DNA of 64,000 nucleotides, taken from the NCBI GenBank assembly GCA_012295275.1, contig CM022665.1, positions 39,122,001-39,186,000 of the forward strand. Direction: 5' to 3'. Below are positions 21,138 to 35,761 of the stretch, piece after piece (position 1 is the first letter of the stretch; each line of letters begins with the position of its first letter). The position numbers and the translations under genes are program-made. This DNA is from Chrysomallon squamiferum. Its lineage: Eukaryota; Animalia; Mollusca. The notes under the pieces were generated by a model. It was not told the origin of the DNA, did no database searches, and saw only the letters and a program-made list of their open reading frames with translations.

Positions 21138-24100
21138 TCATTCTATATGTGAATTTTTCCAGTATCTCCTTCTGTCTTGAACTGGACTAATGTGACCCTG
21201 TAGGGAAAGAAAAAAACAAAAAAGAAATCATAAAACATACAGGTTTTGAAAAGTGTAGTGACTGAAACACTGAAATTAATAAGCAAAAGTTGAATCAGCC
21301 TATCATCATTTGTGTTAACTCACATTTAAAAATTGTGTATTATAACTGATAATACATTTAAAAAAAAAAATTTAAATTCAAATATAAAAAGAACTGAAAT
21401 ATGTTTATCACATATATTTTATTATTATCATCTAAATATTTTGACTCCAAAACTCAAGAGATGTTAAAGTATGTTTAGTATAAACAAACCTTATAAACTG
21501 ATTTTAATAAAAACAATTTTCTGAAAATTCAAATATATATAACTATACTTTTGAGGCAGTTACAAAGTGATTTAATAAATATAAATTTAAAAAAATTAAT
21601 AATTAACATCATCAAATATAGTATATATTTAGTGCCTGTAAAACCGTAAGTGAAAGGATAATATACAAGAAATCTAAACCTTTATTTGAAGAGGAAAAGG
21701 TTAGATTTTGTGACAACAAATATGATAAAAATAAGTAGAACACAGATATTACACCAAGCTATCATCATTATTCTAACAGATAAATTTTAAAGATAGGTGA
21801 CAGTATTCAACAGTGATTTGAAATGCCTTCACATTATTACCAACAACCAACCATCACCATTTAAATAATTAAATTTCTTACATGTTATGTAATCATGAAA
21901 AGACCTAGTCAAATAAAGATTTAAAACCGCAGTATCTCAGGTAGAACATGGTGTTTAAAAAGTTATAATATATGTATGCAGTTTTAAAAAATAAGTAAAC
22001 ACAAACATCTGCTTAGAAAAATATGAATGAAAATCTCTGATCAGATGTATTTTATTTCTTTTAACTGGAACCTAAATTTGAAAAATAAAATATTAATGAT
22101 CGTCTGAAATTCTTTGAAAGTGGTAAATATAAAAATATACAATGCTTTTATATTTGTTTTTACTATGTCGATTCTTCACATTTTTATTTATTATTATTCT
22201 TTCTTAACAATGGATAACAATGTAATTTATAATTAGCATAAACTCCAACAATGAAGAAGAAAAAAAATAATAATTTGTAGACACTTCATTACAAAACTGT
22301 CTTGAAATTGTTTTTTAATTTTTATTTAGCCCATACATTTTTAAAGTACAAAAACAGATTCTGTACTTATCATTTTAAATGATAATTCTCAAAACTGCAA
22401 CATCTAACCACATTCATAAATAATTACAGTGGTGCCAATTTAATCTGTTTCAGGAGACCATTCAAACCCATTACAAATAATGAAAATGAATTAATTGGTC
22501 TCCAGACCCTAAACATTTCGATAAACTTAAAAAGCAAATATACACAATTTATGGTAAAATACAGTTCAATACCATAAATAAAAATTTAAACATGAAAGAA
22601 TCAATAAATATGTAAATACTGCTTTAAAAAATTTACTTCCAGTCTTTTTGGATGCCATGGTTAATAGATTGGTGTGTGTGCATGTGTAAATAATTTTATA
22701 TATAAAATAAAAAAAAGCACTGAAAAAATCCACAAGTGTAATGCAAGAGATTATTTCACAGCAGAGAGACACTAACTGGGCACATAACAGATGGCATTTA
22801 TGCAGTGAATGCATTTTTTCTCTATATGTGCAGTTCAAATGCAGAACCATCATTTGAACTATAGACTGAATTTCTCTCAAATTTAGCATTCAAATTCTGG
22901 AACATTTGAAGTATGAGACACCTCTGTATTATGACAATATATTATAAAGGTTTCTCTGCAGTTGTTATTATACTAATATTATAAACAACTGAATTATACA
23001 GAAAAATCATATCCAATTCTGGTTCCACTGACCTGATTTGCACCATATCGCCGTTCAATCACCTGAAACAAAACATATTTAATCTATGTTAACTTAAAGA
23101 AATTTTATAAGTCAAAATTCTCTTCAGAATTTATTCTTCTTCTAAAAATCATATGTTGTGTTATAATACATTTTAAATGCAGTGTATTATTATTTTAATT
23201 TTTATTTTTGATTGACCTTTTTCTTTATAAATATGTAACAGACTGTTAACTAATAAGGTGTAAATCCCCAAAACAAAACAAAAAAAATGTAAAAGAGAAA
23301 GAATAAAATCCAGAAAAAATAAACTTATTCTTATAATTATGCTTACCTTGTCAAAAAACTTTGTAAGTTTCACTGCATTAGTAGATCCAGGTGCAAGGTA
23401 TTTCACCTGCATGCAGTCCTAGTAGAAAAAAAATTAAAAATTAAAAAAAATAAACCAAAAATTAAATTTATGAAATCATATTTTCTATATTTGATTCTTA
23501 AAAGGATTACTTTCTTCATAATTATTCATTGTTTTTTAACTTTCTTTCTGTCCCACAAATAAGTTATAATCAAACTGAAATATGAAAAAAAAATTATTTA
23601 AATAAATATAACTGTAAATCTTATAAATCTAGAAACGTTGTGTCTATGATTAGTTTTTTTGGTTGCTTTCGTGGGGATTTTTTATTTATTTATTTTTTTT
23701 AAATTTGTTCCTTTAGTTTCTTCTCTGGATAATTTTGTTTTATTTATTTATTATATTATTGTTGTTGTTGTTGTTGTAATTTGGGTTGTTTTTTATCAAA
23801 GAAGCAATGATCAGAATAACAATACTACTTACCAGGCTCACTTCATCTGCTCTGCATTCCATGGCCAGACTTGATGCTCTTGACTTATTTACATCTCTCA
23901 AACTCTTGGCCAAATCTGCTTTAGTACCAATCAGCAAGATTGGAACCTGGTTGCCAGCAAACAGTTCCGAGTCAAACTGATCATATCTAATTCAGGAAAA
24001 AAAATATTATATTAAGGCAAAGAAATACAATTATTCTACTAATATCTAAAAGATCAGTATAGTAATTATTTTAATTTTCCAAATGGCTATACACCCAACA

Positions 24101-25917
24101 AACAGTGCAGAAAGATTCTAATAAGTCTGAACAGAGATTAAATTTTAGTTTGTTTTTCAACATCTAAGGCCATTCATTAGTTTCTTAATTTTGTTACTTT
24201 CTCTTATTTTATTTTTTATTTTATTTCTTTCTATTTCTATTTCTTCTTATTATTATTTTTATTATTATCTTTGATTTATGTTTTATTAAAGAATTCAAAT
24301 AAAATAAATCAAACTATATACTTTCAAGCTGATAAATGTAAATTTAATATTCTTAATCTAGTCAGGTTCCAACAAAAATTGACATTAGATCTAAATAATT
24401 AATCCAAAAAACAAAAAATATATAGTATAATTTATAATAAACATAATATACACACCCATCTCCTAACTGGGTTGTGTCTTTATCCAAGACTTCAGCAAGC
24501 CATTTCCTCAGATTCAAATGTGATTTTCTGTTTGTCAAATCATGTACAAGAATAATTCCTGCAGAAAAGTTATGACAAAAGTGAATTATAAGCAGTATTT
24601 ATATTTTCAATTATTATTATATCCTTTTAACTTCATGTAAACTACAGGTATATATATTTTAAATAAAGTAAATAACACCTGCATCTAATTTTAATCCATA
24701 TTTGTGCTTACCTTCAAGTAACCTATTAACAAAATTGCACTTTAAACCTCAATAGGCATTTATGACCAATTTGAAATGTGGCAAAATATATTATTATTGA
24801 AATAATTTTTTTAGACTTGCATAAATTTGATTCTGAATAAAGTTAATTCACAAATTATATACACACAAACACACAGTTTCATGTTGAAATTAATGGTAAT
24901 TTTGGAAGGAATAGCCATCCATACCAACAAATGCATGAATACTTACCATTTACTGAGTTGTAAAAGATAGCTCTACTATTTCTGTGACTAGAAGAACCAC
25001 CAATATCCCAAAGTTCAAGAAAATATGTTTTTTCAGTTGGCAGAGCAGCATGGTACTCATGCAGCTGAAAAAAAGATTTTTTTATAAATAATTTCTATTT
25101 TCTTTACTGATTTGATTTATTTTAATGGCAGAAATATGTAAAACAATATCAATAATAAAACTGCAAATACAGGGTAAACAGAGACTCAAAGACAAATTAT
25201 TATTTTTTAAAATATTTTTCTTTATAATCTTATGTAGGGAAGTATATGGTTTTTCATAGTGTTGATTAAATCTGTCATAAAATATATATGTCCACTGCAA
25301 ATCAAATAAATAAATGACAGTACAAATTCCCTATTGTTAAAGAATCAATTTAGTTTTAGTGGGGTTTTTTATAGTTTTTTTACATCACTACTTACCTTTA
25401 CCTCTACAGAACAGCCAATAGTTGCACCAGGAATGTTAGAAGGTTCATTGTGACAGAGTAAATGAACCAAGGATGTTTTACCAACACCTAAAATAGGCAT
25501 GCCACAAAACAAAATTATTTAAACAATACAATATATACGAACACATGCATTTGATATATTCAGGGAAAGAATTCAATTCGTTCCTAAATATATATATATA
25601 TAGAAATAAAAACATTAAAAAATATATATGGGTGGAGAAACAGAAATAGAAATTTTTTATAATAGTAATAGTTACATTTACAGCAGACGATGTAAGGGAG
25701 ACAAATTTGAACTGAAAACATCATAACATGATACGTGTCTGCTTTTTATCCTGTCAGCCAAAATAATAAGTCAAACTAAATTTACCTATGTAAGCAGCTT
25801 AATATGAAAGATATGTTATGTACAATAAAAAACAATCATATGTCATAAAAACACGCCGGCGTCAAGCTTACCAGAATCACCGACGACGACTATCTTTACT
25901 TTATCAAAGGCGGCCAT
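21138..25917 (-). CDS. RABL3: Rab-like protein 3, complete 8-exon CDS, 224 aa
   Basis: Exons 25872-25917, 25396-25487, 24947-25064, 24456-24558, 23833-23986, 23347-23418, 23033-23062 and 21138-21197 (675 nt, phases consistent). Motifs [97 protein letters not shown]. Confidence 0.95.
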
Positions 25918-26126
25918 TAAATTATCAACTGGTTTTCTTTCTCGACATCTGTTACCAGTTTATAACGTGTCAGAACTCGGATTATAATAAAAATAAAGGA
26001 TTTTCATCTTGATATAATAAATGTAAAGATAGTTTGTCAAGGAGTGTTACATTTAAATTCGTTTTTGGTTAAAAATAATATATTATAGATTGTATCATAT
26101 CTATGGTCATCCGTAAAAACAAATGC

Positions 26127-26179
<53 letters not shown>

Positions 26180-26540
26180 CAACAACAGAAATTAAAAAAA
26201 ATTAAATAAATAAATTAATTACGAAAGAAAAAAAGAAAAAACTTTGAAAGCAAAATTTCTTTTTCTTTTCTTAAGGTTTTTTTTTTTCTTAGACACTGAA
26301 AAAGCTCTGGATGAACATAATATTATATTCAAGTTATTTAACCAACTGTTGCTTATTAACATACATTTTACTATTATGACACCTATTTCATGGATTTCAA
26401 AACAATAAAATATAACTTTAAAATTTCACAGTTGCATTTATATAATATTACAATTTTACATTCTTAATGTTTTCGGTTTTTGGATATCCGTATTTCTGCA
26501 TGAGAGCCACCCAGATGAGCATTCCAGTTCGGCTTCTGGT

Positions 26541-26565
26541 TTTTCGCGCCATTGGAGTCGATTGG
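26541..26565 (+). promoter_or_regulatory. E2F-type site plus two inverted CCAAT boxes in the RABL3/CEP152 divergent promoter region
   Basis: TTTTCGCGCC at 26541-26550, ATTGG at 26551-26555 and 26561-26565, followed by a strong donor AAT|gtaaga at 26644 (likely 5'UTR exon of CEP152). Confidence 0.55.
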
Positions 26566-29500
26566 ATTTTACGTTTTTTGCTTTGACACTTCTGCATTAA
26601 TGATGGTTTTAAGATCTATGGATATTCTTTTCATAAATCAAATGTAAGAATTTTAATTCAGCTCAGTTTATCTGTCACATATATAATGTTATATTAGCTG
26701 ACATAGTATTTATAAAACAGTTCATGTTTATATTTTTTGTTTATATGAGAAACCGCAATACGATTAGGACCGGCTCTTGATCACTAATGTATAATTAAGG
26801 ATTATTATCATCTTAATAATCTTGTTTTGCATTTTATTTAATAATATATACTGTAAGCAATTTTAAAAATGTATCACGATGTTAACCGACATGTAAATCT
26901 TGGATTCACAACGCCTAATTTAAGGTTAATTGTTTTTAGGTTTAAAATAAAAAATACGTCAAAATTTGAAAAACAAAAAATGAAAATAACTGTTGATTAA
27001 TATTTGTGTTTAACAGTGATGGGTGGCTGTTAGTAAATTTGCTGATCTAATAAGTATTATCTATTGCTTACATATGATCTGGATGTTGATTCAACTTAAC
27101 TGTAGTGTTAGTGAGTTACACATTATCATAGTGAGTTACACATTTATCATAGTGAGTTAGTTTGATAATTAATAAATTATGACTGTTTTTCTAGCATTAT
27201 TCTGATAAGTGATAGGTGTCACATTTCATATTTATTTATTTATTTATTAAAATATTTATTATTATTATTATTATTATTTATTATTATTATTTTTTTTTAA
27301 TCAAATACAACTACAATCAATGTTCATTTAGAAAAAATTTATAATGAAAGAAATATGTTAGAATGCTTTATCATTTATCAGTTTTCTTTTTTTATAAAAT
27401 GCTAAGAAAGACACCTGATTATTTTACTTTTAGCCCATCCAGTTCCAGAAAACAAATTAAATAAAACATTGCCATTATAAATGTTTTCTGATTATAATAA
27501 AAAATAATAATAATTATTATTATTTACACAATTTTATTTCTTGCTGGAGCAGATCAAATGAATATTCAGTTTTAAGACATTTTTAAGTGATACCATTACA
27601 TAAGTGCTTACACTTAAATTGTCTAAACATTGAATATCCATTACATGTTATTGGTTTTATATATATTCATCTTAATAACATTATAATGAGTAATTCATTA
27701 AATGTTCATAAAAAAAAAAAATTTTAAACATGTAAATCTTGTTTTTTATTGAAAGAGAGCAGAAAATGCATGTGTCAACATGAACATTATTTTAATAACT
27801 TTAAAAAGTTTTTCACTTTCACTAACATTGTCAGTGCATTACATCCTTTCTAGACAATTTTTATAGAAAGCAGGAAAACATTGTTAACTTTTATTAAGAT
27901 TTTGATGAAAGCATTAATTAATGTTCAGTGATACCTTAATAATAAGTAATTTTAATAACAATATTTAAAAAAAAGACCCAAAAGAGATAGCCTGTTTCTT
28001 AATTTTTTGAGTGTAGAAATAAAATAAAAATTATAAAAATTATTATCTTTAATTATTTAGTTTGAATTAGGAAGACTGGTTTAATGCATAAAAGAGACCT
28101 AAATTATTTTTATTATTACTTTTTTCTGTTGGATTGTAGAAATCATAAGATGAACTTGATGTAGAGATACTTAATATCAGTTTATAATTACTTTAAAGCA
28201 AAACTAACCATTTTATATACAACCATAAGATAACTTCTGAATGAAAAGATAAATCAATCTTTCCTTTCTTTGCAAGTTCAGACATGCACAGTAATGTGTA
28301 TATATATATACATGTATGTATGTATGTATGTTTGTATATATCTGTATTCTGTAAAGATATATGGCATGTACTGTATAGAAAGTAGTACTATAATCTCTGA
28401 ACTAAAACATGCCCATACCTGAATATGAATTTACCCACTGATTTAATAGAAAGGACTGCGACTGGGATTATCAGTATTGTAAACATGCTGCTGTTTGAGA
28501 AAAATCAAACGGGTTAAGTATTCGTGGGTCAGTCGGTTTCTTTGTTAATCTCATTAGCATACTGATACTGGATGGGAATAATTGTCAATTTTTGATGGCT
28601 TCAGAATACAGAGGCCAGTGGATGATGGGACACACATAATGACAGTCTTGGGACAGTTGTGACCATATTAGCAAGTAAATAGTATTTCTAAGTGTGCTAG
28701 AGTTTGTCAGTCAGTGTTAACCTGATATGGTAACACAGCTGATTTCACATTAAGAGTTGGAAATTGTTATGAAGAGCTAAAGAAGGGATTTATTTTCTCA
28801 TCAGTCTTAATATTAACTTATTCGGTTTTGTTTAGTTTTAATATTGTGTATGTAGTTAAGAATGTTATTATGTTTAAAAAGTTGGAGGAATTTTAATTTT
28901 TTTATTTTGTCCCATTTTAAAAAACCAAAAAAAAATAAAATGTTTAATTGTATAACACCGAGAATTAAATAAATATAACTGACATAAGTTATTGGTAGTT
29001 TACCTGTTTAAAAAACATACACATTAAATATTGAAATAGTAGATAATGTGCCTTCTGATTTATATTTTTAGTTCTGATAGGAAATAAAATCAGAAAGTTT
29101 TTTTTATTTTATTTTATTTTTTTATTGTTATATACCTTTTATATTGTGAACATTTATATACAAGTAGTAACATTCATATGATTAGAGATGACTAACAATT
29201 TCTGATTTATGTTAGCATTTTTAAAGTTAAATAAACATATTTAAAAAAAAATCTTTTAAAACATTGTTGATATTATTTAAATTCTTTGATTTGATTTAAT
29301 TTGATCCGATTTGATTTTCAGCCTATTTTTATTATTTAAATATTAATAGCAATAATTATATAAAAGAATCATTTTAAAACATGATCTAAAATACACAGGT
29401 GTGTTTATAATTTTGAAGGAAATAATTCTCTATTAGTCTATATCAATATATGAGTTAGAAATGGTCTGATGAATCAGTAGATAATAAGTATTTGTATTTT

Positions 29501-29706
29501 CAAGACATTAATTAATTAATGTATTATTATTATTATTATTATTATTACTCAGGGTGTGAGTCAAGTAATGACTGAAAAATGAACATTTATTTATTTATTT
29601 TATTTGATTTTTGTTTAAATTATTATTTTTATTTATGTTTTAACATGTTTTTTTTTTTATAGTAATATATATTTTAAATTCTAGTTTGGCTGGCTAACTG
29701 ATCAAA

Positions 29707-32700
29707 ATGAGCAACATCAGCTTAATGAACACTGAGACCAGTCTTAATTTTGATGGAAATGGCATCCAGAGTCGTGCAGAGGCTGAGTACCGGAAAGAAG
29801 AGGAGCAACAACAGAATGAGGTAAGGGGCCTAACTGAGTAAATTATTACAGTATTAAAAGAAAGAGAAAAAGGTTGTTTAAACAAGAAATATGAAAACAA
29901 ATGTGTAAACCTGCTTTAAGTTTAGCCTGTCACAGTGTCAGACATATATATTTCTTTATCAGTGTTTATGTTCCATGTTAGAAACAGTGCCATTATTTAT
30001 GTGTTTAAATTGTTCATTGTAGGAAATAGCAGATTTGTTAGATATACTCATGTTATGTTCTAGTCTCTTTCTTAAATAAAAGTATGCATTAAAACTGTTA
30101 CACATTCCAGCAATCCATTTCTTGTTTTATTTCACATCTGAACACACACATACTAAAAGAAAGCTATTCCATTTAAAATAGCTTTATCAGTAAAGATAAT
30201 CACAAGTGTAACATTAAAATATGATTAATGCAGTTTTTATGCAGATAATATCTGGATTTTAATTTTAATTCTAATTTTCACTTTTTTTACTTCTAAGTTC
30301 TTTTTTTTTCTTAAGTTGAAGTTTATAAATTATTTTGTGTTTGAAAAGCATTTAATACATTTTGAAAATATCAAATATTTTAACAATTAAAGATTGATAT
30401 AACTGCTAGCATTTTTAATATAATATAACATAATTTTTTATAATGAATATTATTGAATAAATCTGTAAAAGGACAACATTAAATTCACCTAAATGTACAC
30501 AATATGGAATATTAAATTAAAACAATTTGCTGATACATCTTTCATACTTAAAATTTCAAAATTATTGTTTTCAGTTGCTATTTATTGTGGTAAAAAATTA
30601 AATTTAAATTAATTTTATTTCATGAAACAAAGTATATTTGTAATTTGTTTTAAGGATGTTGAAACTTATGTTAACAGACCTGATTGTACCTAGCATATAT
30701 ACACTGTACACTCCTATGTGATGTGAATGTACAGCCCTTCTCAGGCACCCTGAACAAACAGCTAGATGTGTAAATGTAAATTGGTTTATTCTCTGTCAAT
30801 GTTGGTATCAAAAGACTTTTAAATTAGCTAGAAATCTGACATCTGGTTCAAGCTTTTCTGAGCAAAGTGATCATTTTGGACTGCCATTTGTATTGGTTGT
30901 TAACCTGTAAAATGCAGGTACAAATATATTTGGTGTTTTTTTTTCTGTTAGATTTGTCTTAAAAGAGTTACAAGTCATTATTGGCTTGATGTTTTTTGAT
31001 ACTGTTTGGTAATGAAAAGTTGATAAATTCTGGTTGAAATGTTTTATTGGAGACATTGTAATTGTGATTAAACTGAAATTTGCAGTGAAAGCAAATCTCA
31101 GTTTGAGTTTGATAGCTTATTGGCAATAAATGCATCAAATGTGTCATTTCCATGATTTGAGGATTGGATGTTGGATGGTGAACATAAAATCCAGTTAAGA
31201 AACAAAGGAAATGGAATAAATCTGTAGTTGGATAAAGTGTTAAAGAACAAGGTTAAACTTACTTCAGAAGTAAAGGATGCAGAAGAATAAATCCAGGAGT
31301 TTAAAAAGAATTACTGTTAACAAGAACATTTTACAGATAAAGGCTTTAGTACTTTTTACTTCTAAAATATTAGAAAAAGAAAAGAAATCACATCTGTTTT
31401 GTTTTCTTTTAATATTACACTTCAATTTTAATTACTAGTTAGTCTTGTGTCTTTTACTTACTTCAGAATGCTTTGTTTTTAATGCAGCCATTGAGTTGAT
31501 TACATCATTAAAAACTAGTCTTTGTAGTTTTATTATATTCTTGTATATCCTTTAATGACTTTTCATCTATTACACACAAGATAAGCATTGATTTTACATT
31601 ACGTTTCCTTAAACTGACTGAATTCTGTAAACTCATCTGTTTTCATTTATGCTGTTGTGAATTTAACGTTTTCATTTATAGTGTTATGAATTTATTGTTG
31701 TCACAGTCGTTGTTGTATGTTTTGATGATGCTCTGATGTCTTAATTTCTTGCTTATTCTTAGCAGCACATTTTTTTCTGTATTACACATTAAGACAGTGG
31801 TAGAAAATCTGGGTTATTGATCTGAGAAGTGACTGTTATTATTTCTGTCAAAGCACAAAGGTAGTCAAATGAGTAACGGCTCGTGATGCTTTCTGCAGAT
31901 GACATGTCACATGGGGACACTGTTAAGGATAAAGTGGTTTGTGCTCTTTAGCAGTGAACAAAGGATTTAGCAGTAAAAATGAAGGTTGATGTGGATCTCT
32001 TTAAAGAAAAGAGTGACATGGTCTAGCGATTTTGAAAAGTACACGTTTTCATGAACACTGTCATTTGTAAACCTACATCCTATGTACCTGGATCCTTGTG
32101 TGTTCATTGGTTTATTTTGATAAAGGACTGCAATATATATGTTATGGTTTGGAAAGCAACATCTTGTTTTGTATACATATTGGTGGTGTAAATGAAACAA
32201 ATTTAAAAGCAAGTTGATATTAGTACGTAAAAACCAGTGCACCAAAATGCATGTAAGCAGATAAAAATGACAAATTATAACAGCATGAAATTACATGATC
32301 AAGAAGGTGTTTATCTGGAAGTAAAGGATATAAAACATTTGCTGTTAGAGGTAAGATACACATAATCACAACTGTATTATGTGTGACACAGTGACAGCAG
32401 TTTTTTACTATAATTTTATCATAATAATAAGTTATTTAATACTAATAATTGTCATTGATTTATTTACTGTTTGGCTTTTTATGTTTAATTCCTTAAAGAA
32501 TTTGCTGAGACATGTTATAGTAAAATATATTTATACATATTTTTAATAGGTGTTGTAAATGTTGATTGAAAATATTTGACAGATATTATTCTGAATAAAT
32601 AAATATATTTCTAAAAGAAGCTATATTATGAAAATACTATAAAGAAAACATTTTATTTCAGATATCAGATTTGAATTAATATGGTTACAAAGCTGGTTTT

Positions 32701-35700
32701 GTGTAAGCTGGATAAATAGTCTGGTATCCATAATAACAAAATGTTGGTTTATTTTTTCAGTTAAAAGGTCTACTAAAAGATGCATTTGATGATCTTATAG
32801 ACGACGATTTACTATCAGTAACTTCTGAAGATTCAGCCAACATCAGTGGATGCTCAGACAGGTTTGCAATATTTTACTATTTAAACATTTTTACCCATTT
32901 TCTTTTAAATTTTTGCAACTTCTGTATTATCAGTAAAGAATGTTTTACAAGAGAATTAGTTAATGAAAGTAAATGCCATGTTTCATTTCAGTTATGTAAT
33001 CACATACTTTGTAATTATAAAAAAGGTATTAACTTAGAAATGTAGATATGTGATGTGTAAGTTTAATATTTAATAACCAAAACAGAAACTAATACCATTT
33101 TCAGCTGCAAAATATTCTGCTCAGTAGTTGAAGAAAATTTTCAAACACACTGACACAGCTAATTTTAACAAAATAACAATATAAATATTAATAACTAAAA
33201 TAAAGCATACATTTTATTTTTACAGTATATTGGTGTTTTTAAATTTTATTTTGTTTTTAAAGTTACATGCTCAATTATGTTTCAAATGTGTTAATTTCAT
33301 TTTATTTTTAAAAAAACAAACACAAAAACTCTTTGGTTATAAACTTATTACAGAATTATATTTGTTACTATTACAGCTTTTAAAAACATTTAATCAATTT
33401 TATTTTTAAATCTTTCAGTAAAACCCCTGTTAAAAGTCACAGTGGTTTACCTGTTCTTCCATCCAGAGATCAGATTACCCGGGAACTCAATGCAGTGGCA
33501 AATGGCATACAACAGACAACATTTGGCAATGCCTATAATGTTGATAATCAGACTGTACAGAACCAGCATCAAAATATGTACAATCCAGGCAATTACATGG
33601 CCAATGCTGTAGACTCTGCTGAGCTTAACCAGGACAGACATGCTGAGGTGGTTAATCATTTCCATGGTAACCAACCATTGCCTGATTCTGAGGAGTTTCA
33701 TTTAAGCAATGAACATATCCATCAACACAATCATCTCACTGATCAATGGCTTGGTAATAATGGAGCAGGCTATTTTCATAATCCTGAAGAACATGCCAAG
33801 ATGCATCACCCTCAGCTTCATCACTTCCATTACCATGACCCACAGTATGATGGTCAATACGACAAAAGGTATCAGAACAACAGACTTGTTGAAGGAAGGG
33901 AGAGAGAAGAGGCTGAAGGGGGTAATGATGCACTGTTTGTTGATACTCAGGGACAGACTCAGTGGAGTCACAGTCATCAGGTTGGGTATCAGCAGACCGA
34001 TGAAGTGAAAGGAGATAATCCATACCCCGAACAGTACAGTGTTCCATACTCTCTTGACAACGATATAACATTCCAAGAAGTGAAGGCCTTTCTGTACAGT
34101 CAGTCCAGGCACATCATACACAGGGTTTCAGTGAAACTGCAGGCTTCCAGAGACAAATAAATCCAGATTCTTTCCCTACAGACTATTCCAACAGAACAAA
34201 TCTTCCACCTAGTCATGTGTCCATGCCGTCTTCTCATTTTGTTACTGCAGAACCCAGAACTGAAATGGCAGATCCAACTGCTCCTCAGTCTGAATTCCAA
34301 GATAATTATAAAGTTCTGTACAAACATACAAAGAGTGACATAGATGAAACAAATAATAAATTTGAATCAGAAACATTAAATAGACAACAGAGAAAGGAAG
34401 ATCTTCAGAACGAGTTTGTTTCACAAGGTTTGTGCTTTTATTTCAGAATAGTAAAGTAAAGATAACAAAATTTATGTACAGATAATATCTCTTGTTGATT
34501 TTCTTTAGATTGTCCATTATTGTTCCAGCCACATTTGTTAATAATTATTAAATAAAACTATATATATTTTGACCATAAAAGAAATTGACTTTTATTATTT
34601 GAAAATAATTTATTTATTACTATATTTCTACATAAATCTGGAAAACTGATTTAGAATCATTTTAAATATCAATAGTAATATAGTTTATTCTTATTATTTA
34701 TTATAGATCTGTATCTATTTAACTTATTTATTGAAAACTCATGTTGAAATTTCTTTAAAAATATTAATAATAAAGTATAAAAAATATACTCAGCAGACTG
34801 AGATAATTTGTTTTTGATGTAGAGGGTAAAGAAAGTGGCCAGCTTGCACAGTTGCAGATTTTATACAAGGCTCGAGGTCGCAAGTTGGAAGAATTGAGTA
34901 ACCAGTTAGACATTTTCAAACAGGAACATGGAAGAGAACTGAGAATTCTGAAACATCAACTTTCAATGGCTCAAGGTAAAATATGATGTATATGTCTGAT
35001 GTTATGTATCATTTTTTTCATTTCTCTCTAATTATATGTAGATTATTACTGAATAAAATTTCTTAACAGTGTATTTCAGTTGATTAAAATATGTGAACAG
35101 TATTTTTTTTTTAAAATGTATATTAATTCACATAATTTTTTTGGTAATTTTGTTCCCCCAATCCTCATCTACATACTTATTAAATCTGAATTAAAAATAA
35201 AATGTTCTGAATGTATGAAAAGATAAAACAGTCCTGATATTTACATTTGTCCTAATAAAAATAAAATAACAATTACAATTATCACACAGTACTGAGATAT
35301 GTATCATTTTAAAGGTAGTTTTTTAATTTTTATTTATTTTTAATTATTTAAATGAATAAATGTATTTAAAATGCCAAAAACAACAAAAACAAACCAACAA
35401 AGGGAAACAAATCTTGCAAAAGCATCTTTTTTCTACCAAACAAGTATATTCTTCTTTTCTTTTGGTTTAGCTGACAAAGAAGGAATTGAAACAAGTTACA
35501 AACAGTGTCAACAGTTGTTACAGGAATCTAAAGATGAAAACTCTACACTTACTGGAAAACTGAGGGCTGCTGAAGCTCAGATTACCAGTCTGAAAGAAGT
35601 GAAGGAAGATGTAATTATTACAGGATTTTTTAATGACAAAAATAATAAATAAAAATAAGTAACATTTTAAATAATTCCTGCAACATTGTTTCAAACAGAA

Positions 35701-35720
35701 ATTTGCCTTTCTGTATTAGA

Positions 35721-35761
<41 letters not shown>

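Noticed and set aside
27109-27160. ~20-bp tandem repeat (tagtgagttacacattatca), and similar short duplications at ~4570-4665 and ~17326-17385
   Set aside because: Ordinary local slippage duplications without further structure.
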